A program made the translations under genes and the position numbers. Shown in pieces: positions 23,622 to 36,651 of a stretch of 64,000 nucleotides of DNA (the first letter of the stretch is position 1; each line of letters starts with the position of its first letter). The stretch is from Phoronis australis (taxonomy: Eukaryota > Animalia > Phoronida). The stretch covers positions 717,587-781,586 of the forward strand of contig NMRA01000017.1 of NCBI GenBank assembly GCA_002633005.1. The letters are read 5' to 3'. Below the pieces are notes generated by a model that saw only the letters and a list, made by a program, of their open reading frames with translations, was not told the DNA's origin and ran no database searches.

Positions 23622-26538
23622 ATGAAATTCGCCATGTTGCTAGATGGCAGTAGGGCAGTTGGTTGACATCAGTCACTCATTTTAAAAGCCCGGCAGTTTA
23701 ATGAAGTCGGATACGTTACCTGCTTCGAATAATGCCCCAACTGTTGTGCTGTGGTATATTCAAACTATTCATATGAAAGTGTCCACTGTTTCAGTCTGTC
23801 AACTAGGTTGTCTTGCACACCAGAATTAAAAATTGGGTCAATGACGGTAAACGGCGCTTTTGTGATTTTTTGTATGTAGCTTGTCGGTAAAACAGCAAAA
23901 GCGTAAGGAAATATTGAGTTTATTAATTTACCCTTGTAATTAACATTATACGGCTGAAACAAGATTTGACAATGTGTGGTGTTTTAGTGTGTGTGTGCAT
24001 GTGCGGGGGGTCTCAGACCCGATTTCAAGTGACCAATTCAAACACCCGGCACAATCGTAACGGTAACTATGGCTAATTAAGAGCCATCGAGGGCTGATTA
24101 TACTTCGGAAATTGAGGAAAATGCTTGTTTTCAGAGGCAAAAACAAAATTATCTCCTGGGCGGAAGCTAGGGGGAACCCGACCTCCACTCATTTGGCGCT
24201 ACGCACCTCTATAATTGCGCTTTGCACAATTGTCTACGAGACAAAATGTTGGGCCCCCTTATGATATCCTAAACGCGCGAGACTGTCCCTGGCCTGTCTC
24301 ATCTTGTCCAACAAATTTCCAGAAATGAGCAAGCGCCGTAAGTCGGTTTCGTATTCTCTTTACACTCAAGAGTTTTAAGTCGGTGGTTTCTTTAATATTC
24401 TGATTATCAATTATGTAATCCGATTTTTGATTCAGTCGTCGCTAGATCAATATGTAAACTACAAAACAAGAATTCGTACAGAAATTGGCTTTTTATATGT
24501 AGATTATTCAATACAGACTTGGCGTCCAAAAGCATTTCAGCAATCGAAATTAATCAGCGCACATCGCCCATGTCTCCGCTTATTTGGAGGCACACAGTAA
24601 TGTTTCCATACTTTTCAATATAATGAATCAAATTCAGATGTACTTATCAGGGCCCCAAAGCTAAATTTTTTTCGGCAAGTGACCACCGATCCGGAGGTAG
24701 GTTACCTGGGAGCAATGTGTGCCGCTGTAATGACATTCAAACTTTACACCTATGCACAGAAAATGTGCTTCTGAGAAAATACCAAACAATAGAAAACCCT
24801 ACAAGATGCAGTGTCGCTTGAATCGACCCTCCATCTGGCACCTATCCCAATCGCCAATGACTTCTTTCGTTTACCGACACGGAACCGTACCACCGTTATT
24901 TTAATAACATTTCCCAACAAGACCATACACATGACGATGAAATGCCCACAACATCAAGTCGTGTTCCGGGAACAGGTGAGGAAAGCAAACCTCTAACCAC
25001 GAGGCAAAACCCTCCGTCACCACCTTCTACTGAATATTTCCCACGCACTGCACAATCTGACAAAAACTTATCACGAAATATGAAATAAAGTCGAACACAC
25101 AGGGCATCCTCACTCCGGATAAATATTAAGGCAGTGTGTTAACTGGCTTGTAATCTAAAAGACTGATTTTAACATTTTGGCATAGGTGAATACTTATACG
25201 TGCAGATATCCACAATATAGAGCAGTTTTCAAATTGAACTGGGCAATGTCAACTTTCGAGGCCAAGTTTCCTACTAAATAGCCGTTTCTTTTCCACAAAA
25301 GTACGTTTCAAATCTGACACCACACACTTAATCAGAACTGCGCTACAACTTGTTTTGCGTGTTCGTTTACAAATCAAAAGTTGTCGGCTAGGCGCAATAA
25401 CGTCTGTGACTAAAGTTCCCATAAAAATGTCATTTTGTTGTGACTAATGTTTGTCAAAATTGACAAATAATTCTGGAAGTTTGCCCAAGTGTGACAAGAG
25501 TCTGGCAGTATTCTTTCGAAGTCTATTAGTTTATTTTGAAACCTACTAATATACGCATCGCGGTTGGTTTTGTGTTACAAGTATTAATTTTGCACGTTCC
25601 TGTAGCCTCGGGCGTATCGTTAAAAGGGAAAGTGGTAAGATTGTCAGTGATTGGTTGGAAATCTTGTAACATGGTCAGGGTGCCCTAATGAATCACGTGT
25701 TATTTCAATTTTATGATAAATCAGGCTGCTGTAATAAACCGGGACACATTATAACAAAGCCGAAAATCAGTGTGCCTTCAAGGGTACTTCCCGTAGCTAG
25801 CTCCTAGAGAATCCCAAGATCTAGTTTGTAAGGTAAGTGTTAGAACCAGTTCAAATTTCGTAAGCCATGGTCCGTAGCTTCAGTCTTCATTCTGTTACCA
25901 TGTCGGGGAAAACTTCGCTTTTTCTGTGAGGCTAGATATATCTGCGAGTATTTGATATTCGAAACGGGTCCGCATTTTAAACTGCATATTGTTTCGAAAA
26001 AAACTGATTTGTTTATGGTCTCTCAACATAACATTTCTCAAGAGATAGCGCTGTATGTTGCCTATTTAGCCAATCGCAAGCTCAGAAATTGAGTAGGTCA
26101 CAAGGAAGATATTCATTAACCTAATGATTAGCGAAAAGTGAAATTTATATGGCGAAAAATCTTCAGTTTTGTAATTCTGTTGATATCCATTACAAACAGA
26201 GAATGTTTTTTAAAACTTAAGCATTAGTACGTTACTTGTTGTTGTTTTCACAATTGTGATTTTTATGACTTTATTTGGGCCAAACTTTTTGATGTTTTAT
26301 CACGTGTGGTTACTAATTTGATTTAATGATATATACTTAACAACAAAAATAAGCATAATGTGCTTCAACAAGAGTTTTTTGTTTGAACTGAAACCTACTA
26401 TCATTTTAATTATTGGAAAGGTAAACAATTTGAAAGAAGACAATGTTGATGAATTAATAAAATTAGGATCGATTACTGAGTGAGCGTCCATTTTTGCAGA
26501 GGGAGTGTGCATCCCAAAGTTGCAACTAAAACATCATT

Positions 26539-27110
26539 TCAGTTGCGTATGTAAGAGTCCTTAGTCCTTCTACACTCCCGACATCCCCGTCACATGCTGA
26601 ACATAACTTAATTGACAATTTCCTGCGGAACAGCGTGCCACGCTTGCTCCAGAATTGGCCGGAAGAGCTACTGAAGTGTCATGGTTCCAGTAATGTGCTC
26701 ACGAGCCTTCCGACCTGGTTCGTCCCACAAGAGTGTCATGGCTTCAGCGATGTGCTCTCGAGCCTTTCGACCCGGTCCGTGCCACAGGAGTGTCATGGCT
26801 TCAGTAATGTGCTCTTAACCCTTCCGATCCGATACGTTCCACAATAGTGTCATGGCCTCAGTAATGTGCACTTACGCCTTCCGATCCGGTTCGTTCCAAA
26901 ATAGTGTCATGGCTTCAGTAATTTGCGGACGAGCCTTCCATCCAGTTCGTCCCACAAGAGTTCGAAGAAGTTTAGGTCAGCAGGCTTCCCAGACCACTGC
27001 ATGCGATTAAATTGCTGTTAGTCAAGGGATCTGTTGACAACTTGGCTGCGATGAGGTCTTGCATTGTCGTCCATGAATGCTGGAGCCAACGCCTACTGCT
27101 CCTGTACTTT
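26539..27110 (-). mobile_element. Tc1 (DD34E) transposase pseudogene, C-terminal half
   Basis: AFMDDNARPHRSQVVNRSLD*QQFNRMQWSGKPADLNFFELLWDELD ... LEQAWHAVPQEIVN*VMFSM*RGCRECRRTKDSYIRN*; matches Tc1 DNARPH, WPxxSPDLNPIExLW and the C-terminal helix pattern. Confidence 0.88.
26675..26959. repeat. 57-bp tandem repeat, 5 copies, derived from Tc1 coding sequence
   Basis: Units start at 26675, 26732, 26789, 26846 and 26903; the minus strand reads LWDEPGRKAREHITEAMTL. Confidence 0.92.
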
Positions 27111-28299
27111 GTATAACTTGCGGTGACCTAGAATAGATGACCCACCTCCTGATGCAACCACTGAGGGCACAGCGAGGCACTAGTCGCTTTCATTGATAAC
27201 CCTCCCCCCCGTCACAACTTATTTCGATTTTGATTTCCCTGTTCAGTATTCCATGAATCAAACACCACCCCTGAAAAGTGCCGTTTTACACACAAGGGCC
27301 CATGCACCTGATGCACACTAAAAAGTCGAACAGATAGCAAGTAAAGGTGGTTTACCAGACTTGGGGGACCATCGGTTTGGGGGACACTTAGTGGAGGGGA
27401 CATGGCGGTGGAGTGACATCGAGACGGTGTCATGAAGTGGGGGGACCGTCGTCTTAGATGCAGTTGGTTGTCGGAATAAAGATGCTGGAGATGTAAAAAT
27501 ATAAACCCACCCAGCACATATTTTCAAAACTATAGAGTATAGTATTTTGATGAACTGTGATTCCGTTGGAGTCAAATTTCAATTTTCAGTGTGCAATAAG
27601 GGTAGTAATGGTGACAGACAGAGTCTGTTGACGCCGGGGGACATAAACGAACATGTTTCCGTAATGATGCTGTAACAAATGGTGATTTTCAGTTGTGAGC
27701 ATCCATTTATTAAAGAGGCATTTCTTGACTCATTGATCAGAGGAAAATAATTCCGAGTATGAATGGATGTAAAACGGTTGTGGGTGAGCGCCATTCACTT
27801 GAAATGACATTCTTTGCGCTGCGCTAAGATCACACGTGATTTAGAGTTAACCGGAGATTACTTATTCCCTTCTTAGTATAGTTGAATTTTTGCCTTGAAC
27901 AAAAATTAATCTTCACTTAAAAGAAAATTGATGATAATCTCCGGTTTATACTGAATGAGCTAATAAACAAAAATTAACCTGTTAACGACCCGGGTGAAGA
28001 AAAAGAGTCAGATATGCATGACTAGCTGAACAACATATTAAATACACTGTATAGATTGAACTGTTGAGCGTTAGCGTGAATAAAAACCCAAGAAACTCGC
28101 CGACAGTCACTTTAGGTATTATCTCAAGTCATTGCAAAAACAGGATTCCTTCAGATGTCCCATCCCGACGAAGAATTTTTTAGAATGTAACTTCTTAAGT
28201 TATCCTTTCCACAAGCGAGCTGACTGTGGGAGTACTCTTCTGAGCTAAATGTGTGAGAGCCCCCGACATTAAGTTCAGTTGAACAGATGTGAATGCGTT

Positions 28300-28680
28300 A
28301 CTAATTTATGAATGGGCTCAAAGTCTTGCAATCGTGGATATTCCGCCGTGTGTGGCAGTTAATTTTTCCATGACCAATTGTAATGGCAATAAAAATTTCT
28401 CTGAATTATCACCGGGAACACGTCAAAAAGAATCTGGGCTGAGTCCCGTTCACGCTAGAATTTCGCGAAGGAAGCTCGTGTGTTCACGAGCTTTTCCTGA
28501 CATGGCGATACCTCGTCGAAGTCTTACGTAATCTTTGGTTTTTGCGAGGTTCTCGCGTCTACAGGAAGCACGCCTGTTGCAAAGCAGTACGCCTGCTTAA
28601 AGGAAATTCGCCAAATTTGCATTGCACTTGTGGGACTTCGGTAACTATGATGGGGCGTGGCCTAACTGCGTTTGTCGGAG
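28300..28680. repeat. Interspersed repeat family member (related segments at about 21300-21530, 31700-31825, 45480-45580 reverse, 49310-49350)
   Basis: Shared motifs atcgtggatattcc, agaatttcgcga...gtg(t/a)tcacg, catggcgat...ggttctc.cg.ctac and gggcgtggcctaactgcgtttgtcgga. Confidence 0.7.
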
Positions 28681-31349
28681 TAGCCATTCCATCTCTCACT
28701 GTTATCTTATCAGAATACAGACACAGAGTTTAGAACACTACTCGCTGTCAGTGTTTTTTTCGGTTACACTACCGAACGTTTGGCGTTCCTTTTTGTTTCC
28801 AGCCATCGTATGGCTTTATTTGTGTATTTAGCACTGTAAATTAAACGGTTGATACGTCATTAATCTGTCCATAGACCAGTGTCAACAAAAATGCATTCAA
28901 GACATGTTGCTACTGCTCTGATGCTACATATTTTCAAATGTACACGTGCGTATTTGCAGTATGGTACCCTTTGCTGGTTTTCCATTTCAATATTCTCGAA
29001 AGGTGTTCAACTACGCAATTTCAACCTCAAAAAAGACATGTTAAGGAAAAAATAAAGATAAATACTACTGTTGTCGTAGTTGTAATCGATCGGTTGAAGT
29101 AATTTTATCTTGTGACATGTTCCCTTTACTTAGTTGCAATGATAAAATTAATGTAAAAATGATCATTTGGGCGTCAAGGTATATGATAGTACATAATTGG
29201 TCCCCCAGACAAATGTCTACCAAATCTCTGGTGGTTTACATCTCGCGACAACAATATCTGGCTATCTCCTAGGAAATTAAGATCGCAGTATGCAAAATCA
29301 GGAAATTAAAAAACATCCGGATATTGCCCAAGAAATCGAAAAGTTGCAAAATATATTGACATTGCATAGGCGTGGGGGTTGGTGACAGGTTGGGTAGATC
29401 ACAGAGTACCACTGTAATTTACATGGAGGTCCCATGCTGTCGAAAAGAATATGTTCAACATGAAAATGCCTGAGGCTAAGTTATTCAAAGTTCACTTTCC
29501 TTTTTCCAGCCCCCTTTCACCTTTTGATTTGCCCGATTTACGCATGAAGAGATTCACAAAGTCTTCATTGTATCTGTTTACATACAGGCAGCTTATGTCG
29601 CAGACGATGTCTTGTGTCAGTCGCGCCGTCACACGTAAAATGAAAAGAGAATTAGGTGAGAAGCCACCCGATTTTCATTGTCGTTCCACTCAAGCTGACC
29701 GAGTTCAGCGAATAGACAAATTCTAATAGACAATTTTCAACTAGTCGGAAAAAACTCACGACTAATTTCAGCTCGTCCCTCGGTCATCACTTAAAAGAAT
29801 GACCGAACTTAAAATTCTCTTCAACACATGACTGCGGGAATAAAGACTACTCTAATTAGACAATGGAAAAATGAAATCGATCGAACTTTGCGATCAAATC
29901 ATGACTCTTCATCGTAATGCCGAGAGTAAGTTTCACCGAGTTAACTATCCTGCGTGACTGCTTAGGACCATGATGCGGTAAACCCTGAGGGATTAAGTGA
30001 GGAATCGTGAGGACAACGATTTGCATGACGTCTACTAAGAGTAATCAAGTAGACGCAAGAGACGGTCAATGTACGTGTCAATGTATATGAGTTGTGTGAA
30101 TGGTTAGTTGCGAGTGTGTGTAATACCAGCACCGCGTCTTTAGTCTTTGTTGGTCCGGCACTAGAGTCTGGGGGTATTGAACCGTCAGAGGAATTTATAG
30201 GTGCGGCGAAGGAATGGGGCACTTGCCCATTTATTTCGCCGCTAGGATCGCTAGTAGCGTTGGTACTTCCGGTCGCCATCACAGTCGTGTATGTGATGTG
30301 GGCTGGATTTTTTGTGACTAGTTCCTTGTATACTGCAGAAAGTAATTTGTCGAAAAATTGATTTTGTATATCAAACATCGACTTTTTAAAGCTCGTACAT
30401 GTATTTTGCTTTACAGATTACGTTTTCTTACATACTGAGTGATTTACAGTTTATGGTGACGGAGTAGTTCTCATCAGTGCGGCGCTCATTCGATACAATT
30501 CGTCATTTTCCGTACGTTGTTATAACGAACAATAATATACACGATAACGTGCTCAAACGGAAATGGGAGAACTTCGTATCAAACGAGCTTGCGTTTGTGT
30601 GCTCGGCAGCCTAGCCGCTAAAAAAAGACATGCAGTGGGTTGCATTTTGTCGAATTCACCATAATCTTGTGCAAAAAAGTACTGAGTTGGGATTTACAGT
30701 AGTCATGGGTGCACTAGAGAAACACTGCGCCGGTGTTTTCTTTTCTATTGTCGGGAATGGCACCAGATATATCGCATTAACACCTGAGCAACTGTGCTGA
30801 AATTCACATCAGAACAATGCTAATAAATACATGAAAGTTTTGTGTTTAGAAACAGATCCACTGAACCTGAGGGGTACTTCAAAAGTAGTTCACGTGAATG
30901 TATATAGGACATGCCGCTCGAGATAAAATTGGCGGGTTCATCGCCGTGACAGCCAAATCCCCTGTAAACGACGCATACGCAGCTGACGGTCACCACGTCT
31001 ATAATCGACAACTTGGACGTTTTGGAGCGTTAAAAGGGCGAAGCAGCGGATTTTTCAATTTCAACAAATAAGCATTTTGTAGGGTTTATAACTTATGTCG
31101 AACAATAGATTTATATTACGAACAAAAACCTGAGTCTAAGAAAGTGTACCTTTCACAGAAGTTCCCCACAAACGAAATGAATCCCTTTTAACCATGCCAT
31201 GACTTAAAAAGAGTATTTCTAATCGAGTCGACTCTCTAAAATAATTGTCATTTTTTCACCAGATAGCGCTGGCGTTGCAAAACACGCGGACTAATTTAAG
31301 CACTATATATTCCGTACTGATATGTAACCTAATGTGTTTGCTCTTTTAT

Positions 31350-33040
31350 TTCACAAATATGAGTTGTCAAATTTGTTACGCAGTTATCACAGACTTCCCA
31401 AAAACAATTTCATACAACTCCAAAGCACGCCAACATATGCGCTGGCAGTAACCAACGTGGATAAAGTGATAACAGTCTGGTCAACATTTTCAGGAAAAAA
31501 TGTAAACTACATGATCAAAGAAACAAGTCCGCTTTCCGCCAAATTAAAAAAAAAATCATTTATTCATACCTGGATTTTTCGAAACACCTAAGAAGAAAAA
31601 GATTGAAAATATATTCGAAGTCTTGAGAGTCATTTTCAGGAAACGGGCCCCTGGACTCCTTAGCGCATGTATGTAGCGCCAACAATACTTAGCCATGGAT
31701 TGAGTTCCGTAGACGCCAGAATCTCGGAAACTCGTGTGATCACGCGGTTCGTTTTTAATACATGGCGATTTTCGCAAACTTTTGCGTTTTCGGAAGGTTC
31801 TCACGACTACGGAACGCACGCCTTTCTATTGCTCGTTGATCAAAATGTGCTGTAAGAAACAAAATGGCGGTCGATTTTTCACACAATTTGTTTGGAATCT
31901 CTAGTCAGTTCAAAAATCAAAACAAGACCACGTGCCTGTGAATAACAGACGTTAAACACTGTCATGTATGGAACGTTTGATGAATCCATCGCTTATTTCT
32001 ACTCTCTTTAGAGGAATTAACTTGTTTTACTACAGAGAGACAGTCGTTGGAACTTCAATTAACATCGCCCTACTCCAATCGATTCCATACTAAACCATGT
32101 GTGCACAAGTTAATGTGATATCAATTTATGAGCTTGATTTCTGATCGTACGCTCTCTTACAAGACGTCATTGATCATACGGACCTCTGGGTGACCGACAC
32201 TCAAGTGTCTTGGAGGGGGCCGGGGGCAAGATGACGTGTGTGAGCGCATTTGAAGAGCCATTCATTTTGCGTTCAATGAGAGGAAATGAGCATTGTTTCG
32301 TGAGTACAGAGATTCGCGCCTGATTTATACATCTAACTGGATGAGAAGTTGCGATCAACCTGACAACCAAAAGACACACAAGGATTGGATTCGACAAGTG
32401 GCGGGAACTTGAGGGGGGCCTATAGATCGCGTAAATGAAAAACCTCTGTGGAATAAACTCTTGTTGTGGTTACTTTGTGACGGAGAATATTTAGACTGAC
32501 ACGAGGAGCCCCACCACAATGTCCCGCTACAGAACGTTGGCAACATGATCCCCGAAAGGTATGCATCTCACTTATTTTGCTCATGCCAGGAAAGAGGCTA
32601 TGAGTAATGAGTGAATCTCCCTTATTGATATTTAGGGTTTGTTTCATGAAAATCTGTGACTTTAAAACTTAAAACAGAAATCATTTTTCTTACGATCCAC
32701 ACCACTATTTCAGAAAAAATTAACGGTAAGTGATCTAAATACGAAGTTGATCTTTTTGTAGAAGACAGGATGACAGCACATTTATCAACAGGGGTATGCA
32801 TTTTAGCTCACCGGAACTAGTCATTAACCTTGAAGCAAAGTATTCTGGGAAAAGCTTGATTTGATTCATCACCGGTGGGGCACAATATTTGGTATCAAAA
32901 GTGCATAGAACGCAAAGTGGTTCTCTGCCCTTGAAACAGAAGTCAAACTGTTCACTGGGTATTTTTATAGTTTTTCTCAAAGATTTCTGTTAATATCAAA
33001 GCATTTTTCTTTTAGTTTCAAATTTCAATAAACTATCTCA
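31350..33040 (+). pseudogene. NLR-type NACHT domain pseudogene
   Basis: Motifs occur in order: pre-NACHT segment ELSNLLRSY...IQLQSTP...VDKVIT (about 31350-31480); Walker A-like VLEGAGGKMT (32207-32236); Walker B-like IGFDK (32384-32398); LVVVTL*R (about 32460-32483); SPLLIFRVCF (about 32616-32645); FYSFSQRFL (about 32965-32990). Confidence 0.55.
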
Positions 33041-33045
33041 ATTTA

Positions 33046-34288
33046 CCTCAACTTCACGGCTAACAGACTGCGAAAGGCTGTGTCGGACGCAAAACACGCC
33101 TCACGTACCTGCAAACACCGTTCACTGACTCAAATACATGGAATCGGACTCACATAACACGACTCATTCATCCAAAAACACGGCCACGGACTCGCATTCA
33201 CCTAGAAACATGACACACGGATCAGCAAACTCCGCTCACTCCGATAAAGCCTGCCGAAAACACAATCACGGACTCATCGGCTTCCCAGGTAAGTGGCGCG
33301 AAATAGTGATTATTGCTACGCAGAAAGGGAATTGATAAACCTTCATGTACGTGGCAACGCCTTCGAGTTGAGCTAACTTTCACAAAAGACACAAATTTCA
33401 AGTTATGCTACAGTCCATTTCAAATGTTCGTTTTTTACTGAGCATTTAAGATACTATGCTAAAACCGTGAATATTTAAATTTGTAGCACGCGCCACTTAG
33501 TGACTTCCTAGAGAACAATTTGTAGAAGTGTAATCGGGAAGAGAAACAATTTGTAAATAAATCGCCACAACTGATACACATGAAAACAAGTGCGAATACA
33601 TAAAAAGCCCTAGTAATTCCAAACATTATACAACCGTTATTTGATAGAGAAATTAACAAATAATAAAAACTGTGCCTTGTTTCATTAGAATAACGATGAA
33701 ATATTACCATACTTATTTACATAAAAATAGTCTCGCAAAACGAGACTTTCGCTAGATTGTAATAGTAACTGGTTCTCGGATGGTTTCCAGCACACTGGAA
33801 GACCCGTTTTTTGTTTGTAATCTAGTACTTCATTTGCATATTCACAGTTTAATGAGACATAGCATCTTTAACTTAATAGTAAAAAAGACACAAACAGCAG
33901 GAAATATATTCTGTTTTACAAAAAGATTTTGGATGTCAATAAATTGTAGAACAAATAAGCAGTTTAAATAATGCTTATTTATTGTTTCAAATTCACAACA
34001 ATTACATCACATTACAGACAAACGTAATGGTCAAAATTATATTTAATCTCGCACCCATTACACAGCTGTCGAAGCCGATGTTTACATTTTATCCGTAAAC
34101 CGTGTTTGACGGTCCGTGTAAAGTGTTTCTACGTGGATGTGAGTCCGTGACGGTGATTTTGGGTGAATGAGTTATGTTTTGTGAGTCCGATCCCGTGTAT
34201 TTGAGTCAGTGAACTGTGTTTGCAGGTACGTGAGTCGTGTTTTGCGTCCGACACGGTGTTTTGCAGTCCGTTAGCTGTGAAGTTTAGG
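33046..34288. mobile_element. Foldback-type MITE with ~240-260 bp imperfect inverted arms and TA flanks
   Basis: TA|cctcaacttcacggctaacagactgc...tgtcggacgcaaaacacg is the reverse complement of cgtgttttgcgtccgaca...gcagtccgttagctgtgaagtttagg|TA. Confidence 0.85.
33449..33867. mobile_element. Kolobok-like MITE (TTAA TSD) nested inside the foldback element
   Basis: Right end attcacagtttaatgagacatagcatct|ttaa is the reverse complement of the left end of the 12368 copy. Confidence 0.8.
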
Positions 34289-35084
34289 TACATTGGATAT
34301 TTCAACTGCTCCTTAATTCGTCGACTTTTCTCCAACAAGGCAAAGCAGGTCTCTTTATTTAGTATGGAAAGACAGACGTAGCACATTTCCCTTATATGGA
34401 AAACATGATCTTTAATCTTAAGTTTACTAGGCGATTCTTTGAGAGAATTGAAAAGCTGTATTGGTATGAAAGATTTTATACGCCTGCGTTTCAAAAACAG
34501 TGAAATTGACATTTTTTCTAGATGTTCCTGCAACATTCAAAATCAACAACTCTCACGCTAGCGTCCCCCAGAAGTAGATTCGCCTCCATCTGTTTTAAAT
34601 GTGTTTTTTACGAGTTTTCGCGCTCCATGCCTTTTTAATATGTGTGTTTGGTTGATTTCAAAGCAACGTCATGGAACAAGCGAGAGAAGGTTTTGGGTGG
34701 ACAATTACGCCGTTCTAAACATATTTCAGCCATTTTATGTATTGAAAAGTTTCAGTTATGTAGAATCTCTAGTTGTTCAAAACATGCGCATGTATACTAA
34801 ACTAGCACACTGCCTATAAACATCCTTTCTCCGTATCGCAAGGGGGCGCAATTAGCTACGAGATGCGATGAGTGATGGGTCAATGGTCCATGTAAAAATG
34901 GTGCTGTTTCTTTATAGATCAGCACGGGACGTCTTTCAACAAGCCCTATCTCTCAAAAAAACTTTTTTCTTCTTCTTGTGATGGGTCACAGCTCTACAAT
35001 TATTTCGCAGAAGGTACCAGATCGGTACCTTAATTACAAGAGATAACACAAACATTGCGATACCCAATGTGTAACTGAGTATCG

Positions 35085-35255
35085 GATACTAAGTGGCACA
35101 GGTTAGTATAGTACCAAATGGGTACATAATACCAAATGGGTATTGGCCGATTGCCTACCAAGTGGGTGGAGCAAAACGGCAAATTCAATAATAAGTACCA
35201 AATAGGTACAAACTGCCAAATGGGCAAATATCATATAAAGTACCAAGTGGGTAAA
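35085..35255. repeat. Degenerate short-motif repeat (taccaa(a/g)tggg)
   Basis: Motif recurs about 6-7 times at irregular spacing. Confidence 0.6.
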
Positions 35256-36237
35256 CCAAACAGCCAACTGCGCTATAACAACCTGGCAAAGCAGGTTGCG
35301 GTCAAGCCGAGTGAGCAGACCAGATAAAATGGAAATAAATCTTGATTAATTCCAAGGTATGTTCTTTTCGGGGTTGAACAAAAATAAATATTTCCCTTGC
35401 TGTGGGTGGACAAACTATTACTGAGGCTGAAAAACGTGTCAAAATGTTGAGTGCAATCTTAGCAAATAGCTTGACATTCAAGCAACGTGTTCAGGTTTTA
35501 TGTAGGAATGCACGCACACTACTGTCAGTGCTAGCTTATATTCACTTTTGGGTCGCGTGGACTCGATTTATAACCAAAGTAACCCGTATTTGTCACAAGT
35601 CCAAGTTGACAGCTTTATGCCAGCTTGAGAATTATGGAAATAATTAAAATTTGTTGGTATCATTAGAGGTATGATAGATGATTTCGTATACATAATATTT
35701 GTTTTCTCAAAAATTAACAGAACTGTCCTAATTGTTAAATTTTCGTAAGTGACCCGCGATTGCCGAGTTGCGTGTTAGCAACCTTGCTACTCATTTATGT
35801 TGCCAAAATTTTACTTATTATCCACTATCTTATGAGCAGGACAGGCTCAATCATAGAGCCCGGAACATCACTTATAATGATAGCACCAGCTTATTCCAAC
35901 ACGCAAACTTGTGCTTAATTTTGGTCTATCGTACGGTGTCTGGATGTACTTTTTGACTTCAAAGACACTGGTTGATTTACGTGCCAATCATACCTTGACT
36001 TTGTCGAAGGTCATGAAAACATATTCACAGTTAATTCAATGCAAAGCCCCCGTGATAGGGACGGTCTGCCGGCATGCAGATCTTTAACAGTGTGTCGGCC
36101 GGATTCAAGTGACTGCTACGGATCCGGGCGTCTGTATCCGCTGTTGTTAGTTTCATCGGTGTTCTCGTATTTATACTTATTTGTTTTATTCATTCATTCA
36201 TTTACTTTACCCATTGTTATTTTATAGCAGGTAAAAC

Positions 36238-36651
36238 CATAGATTATAGACTGCAGATTTGCAACACCGACATTTTCTTCCGTACTATCCAAGAGGCGAC
36301 GCCACTCTCCTCAATTATCTGGTTCATTGTCCGGTTAATGTATTGTGACAGGAAACTCTCGCATGTACTTTGCTGTCCAGTACAACGAAAGCAAAATAAT
36401 ACTTACGGCATAGAAACGTTGTTCAAAATCTTAAAATAGTAGAACTGTTAGTATCGTGAGTACTTTTAGCAATGCTACTACCACCCGACCACACAACAGC
36501 CGACAAAAATTAGCAGACGTACTTGCGGAAATAACACCAGATAATTGGGCCAGGTGTCGTTAGTGAATAATGACGTAACGATGTGCGGATGAGCACAGAT
36601 TTCGTCCATTGAAAGTATACGGAGTTGGCGGCCCATGTACTATAGTCTATG
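36238..36651. mobile_element. 414-bp non-autonomous P-like element with 7-bp TSD
   Basis: GTAAAAC|catagattatag ... ctatagtctatg|GTAAAAC (TSD at 36231-36237 and 36652-36658); CATAG termini. Confidence 0.85.

Larger units (their letters stand above)
22682..30279 (-). pseudogene. DTHD1/PIDD-like (ZU5-ZU5-UPA-DD) pseudogene, copy A
   Basis: Colinear minus-strand remnants: putative first exon 30279-30127 (MATGSTN...DAVL|gtatta); ZU5-like 29715-29510 (ENRVASHLI; LTQDIVCDISCLY); ZU5-like 27800-27440 (PFYIHSYSELFSSDQ*VK; LCLSPLLPLLH; FRQP..TVPP); UPA-like 23960-23720 (YNVNYKGKL; FNSGVQDNL); death-domain-like 23021-22682 (IGRDWR..HLGIL*REI; EAYQ..CKWRQ). Confidence 0.45.

Noticed and set aside
24811-24996. 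Exon-like + strand segment ending cag|gtgagg
   Set aside because: No clear acceptor or start, and no recognisable protein family in any frame.
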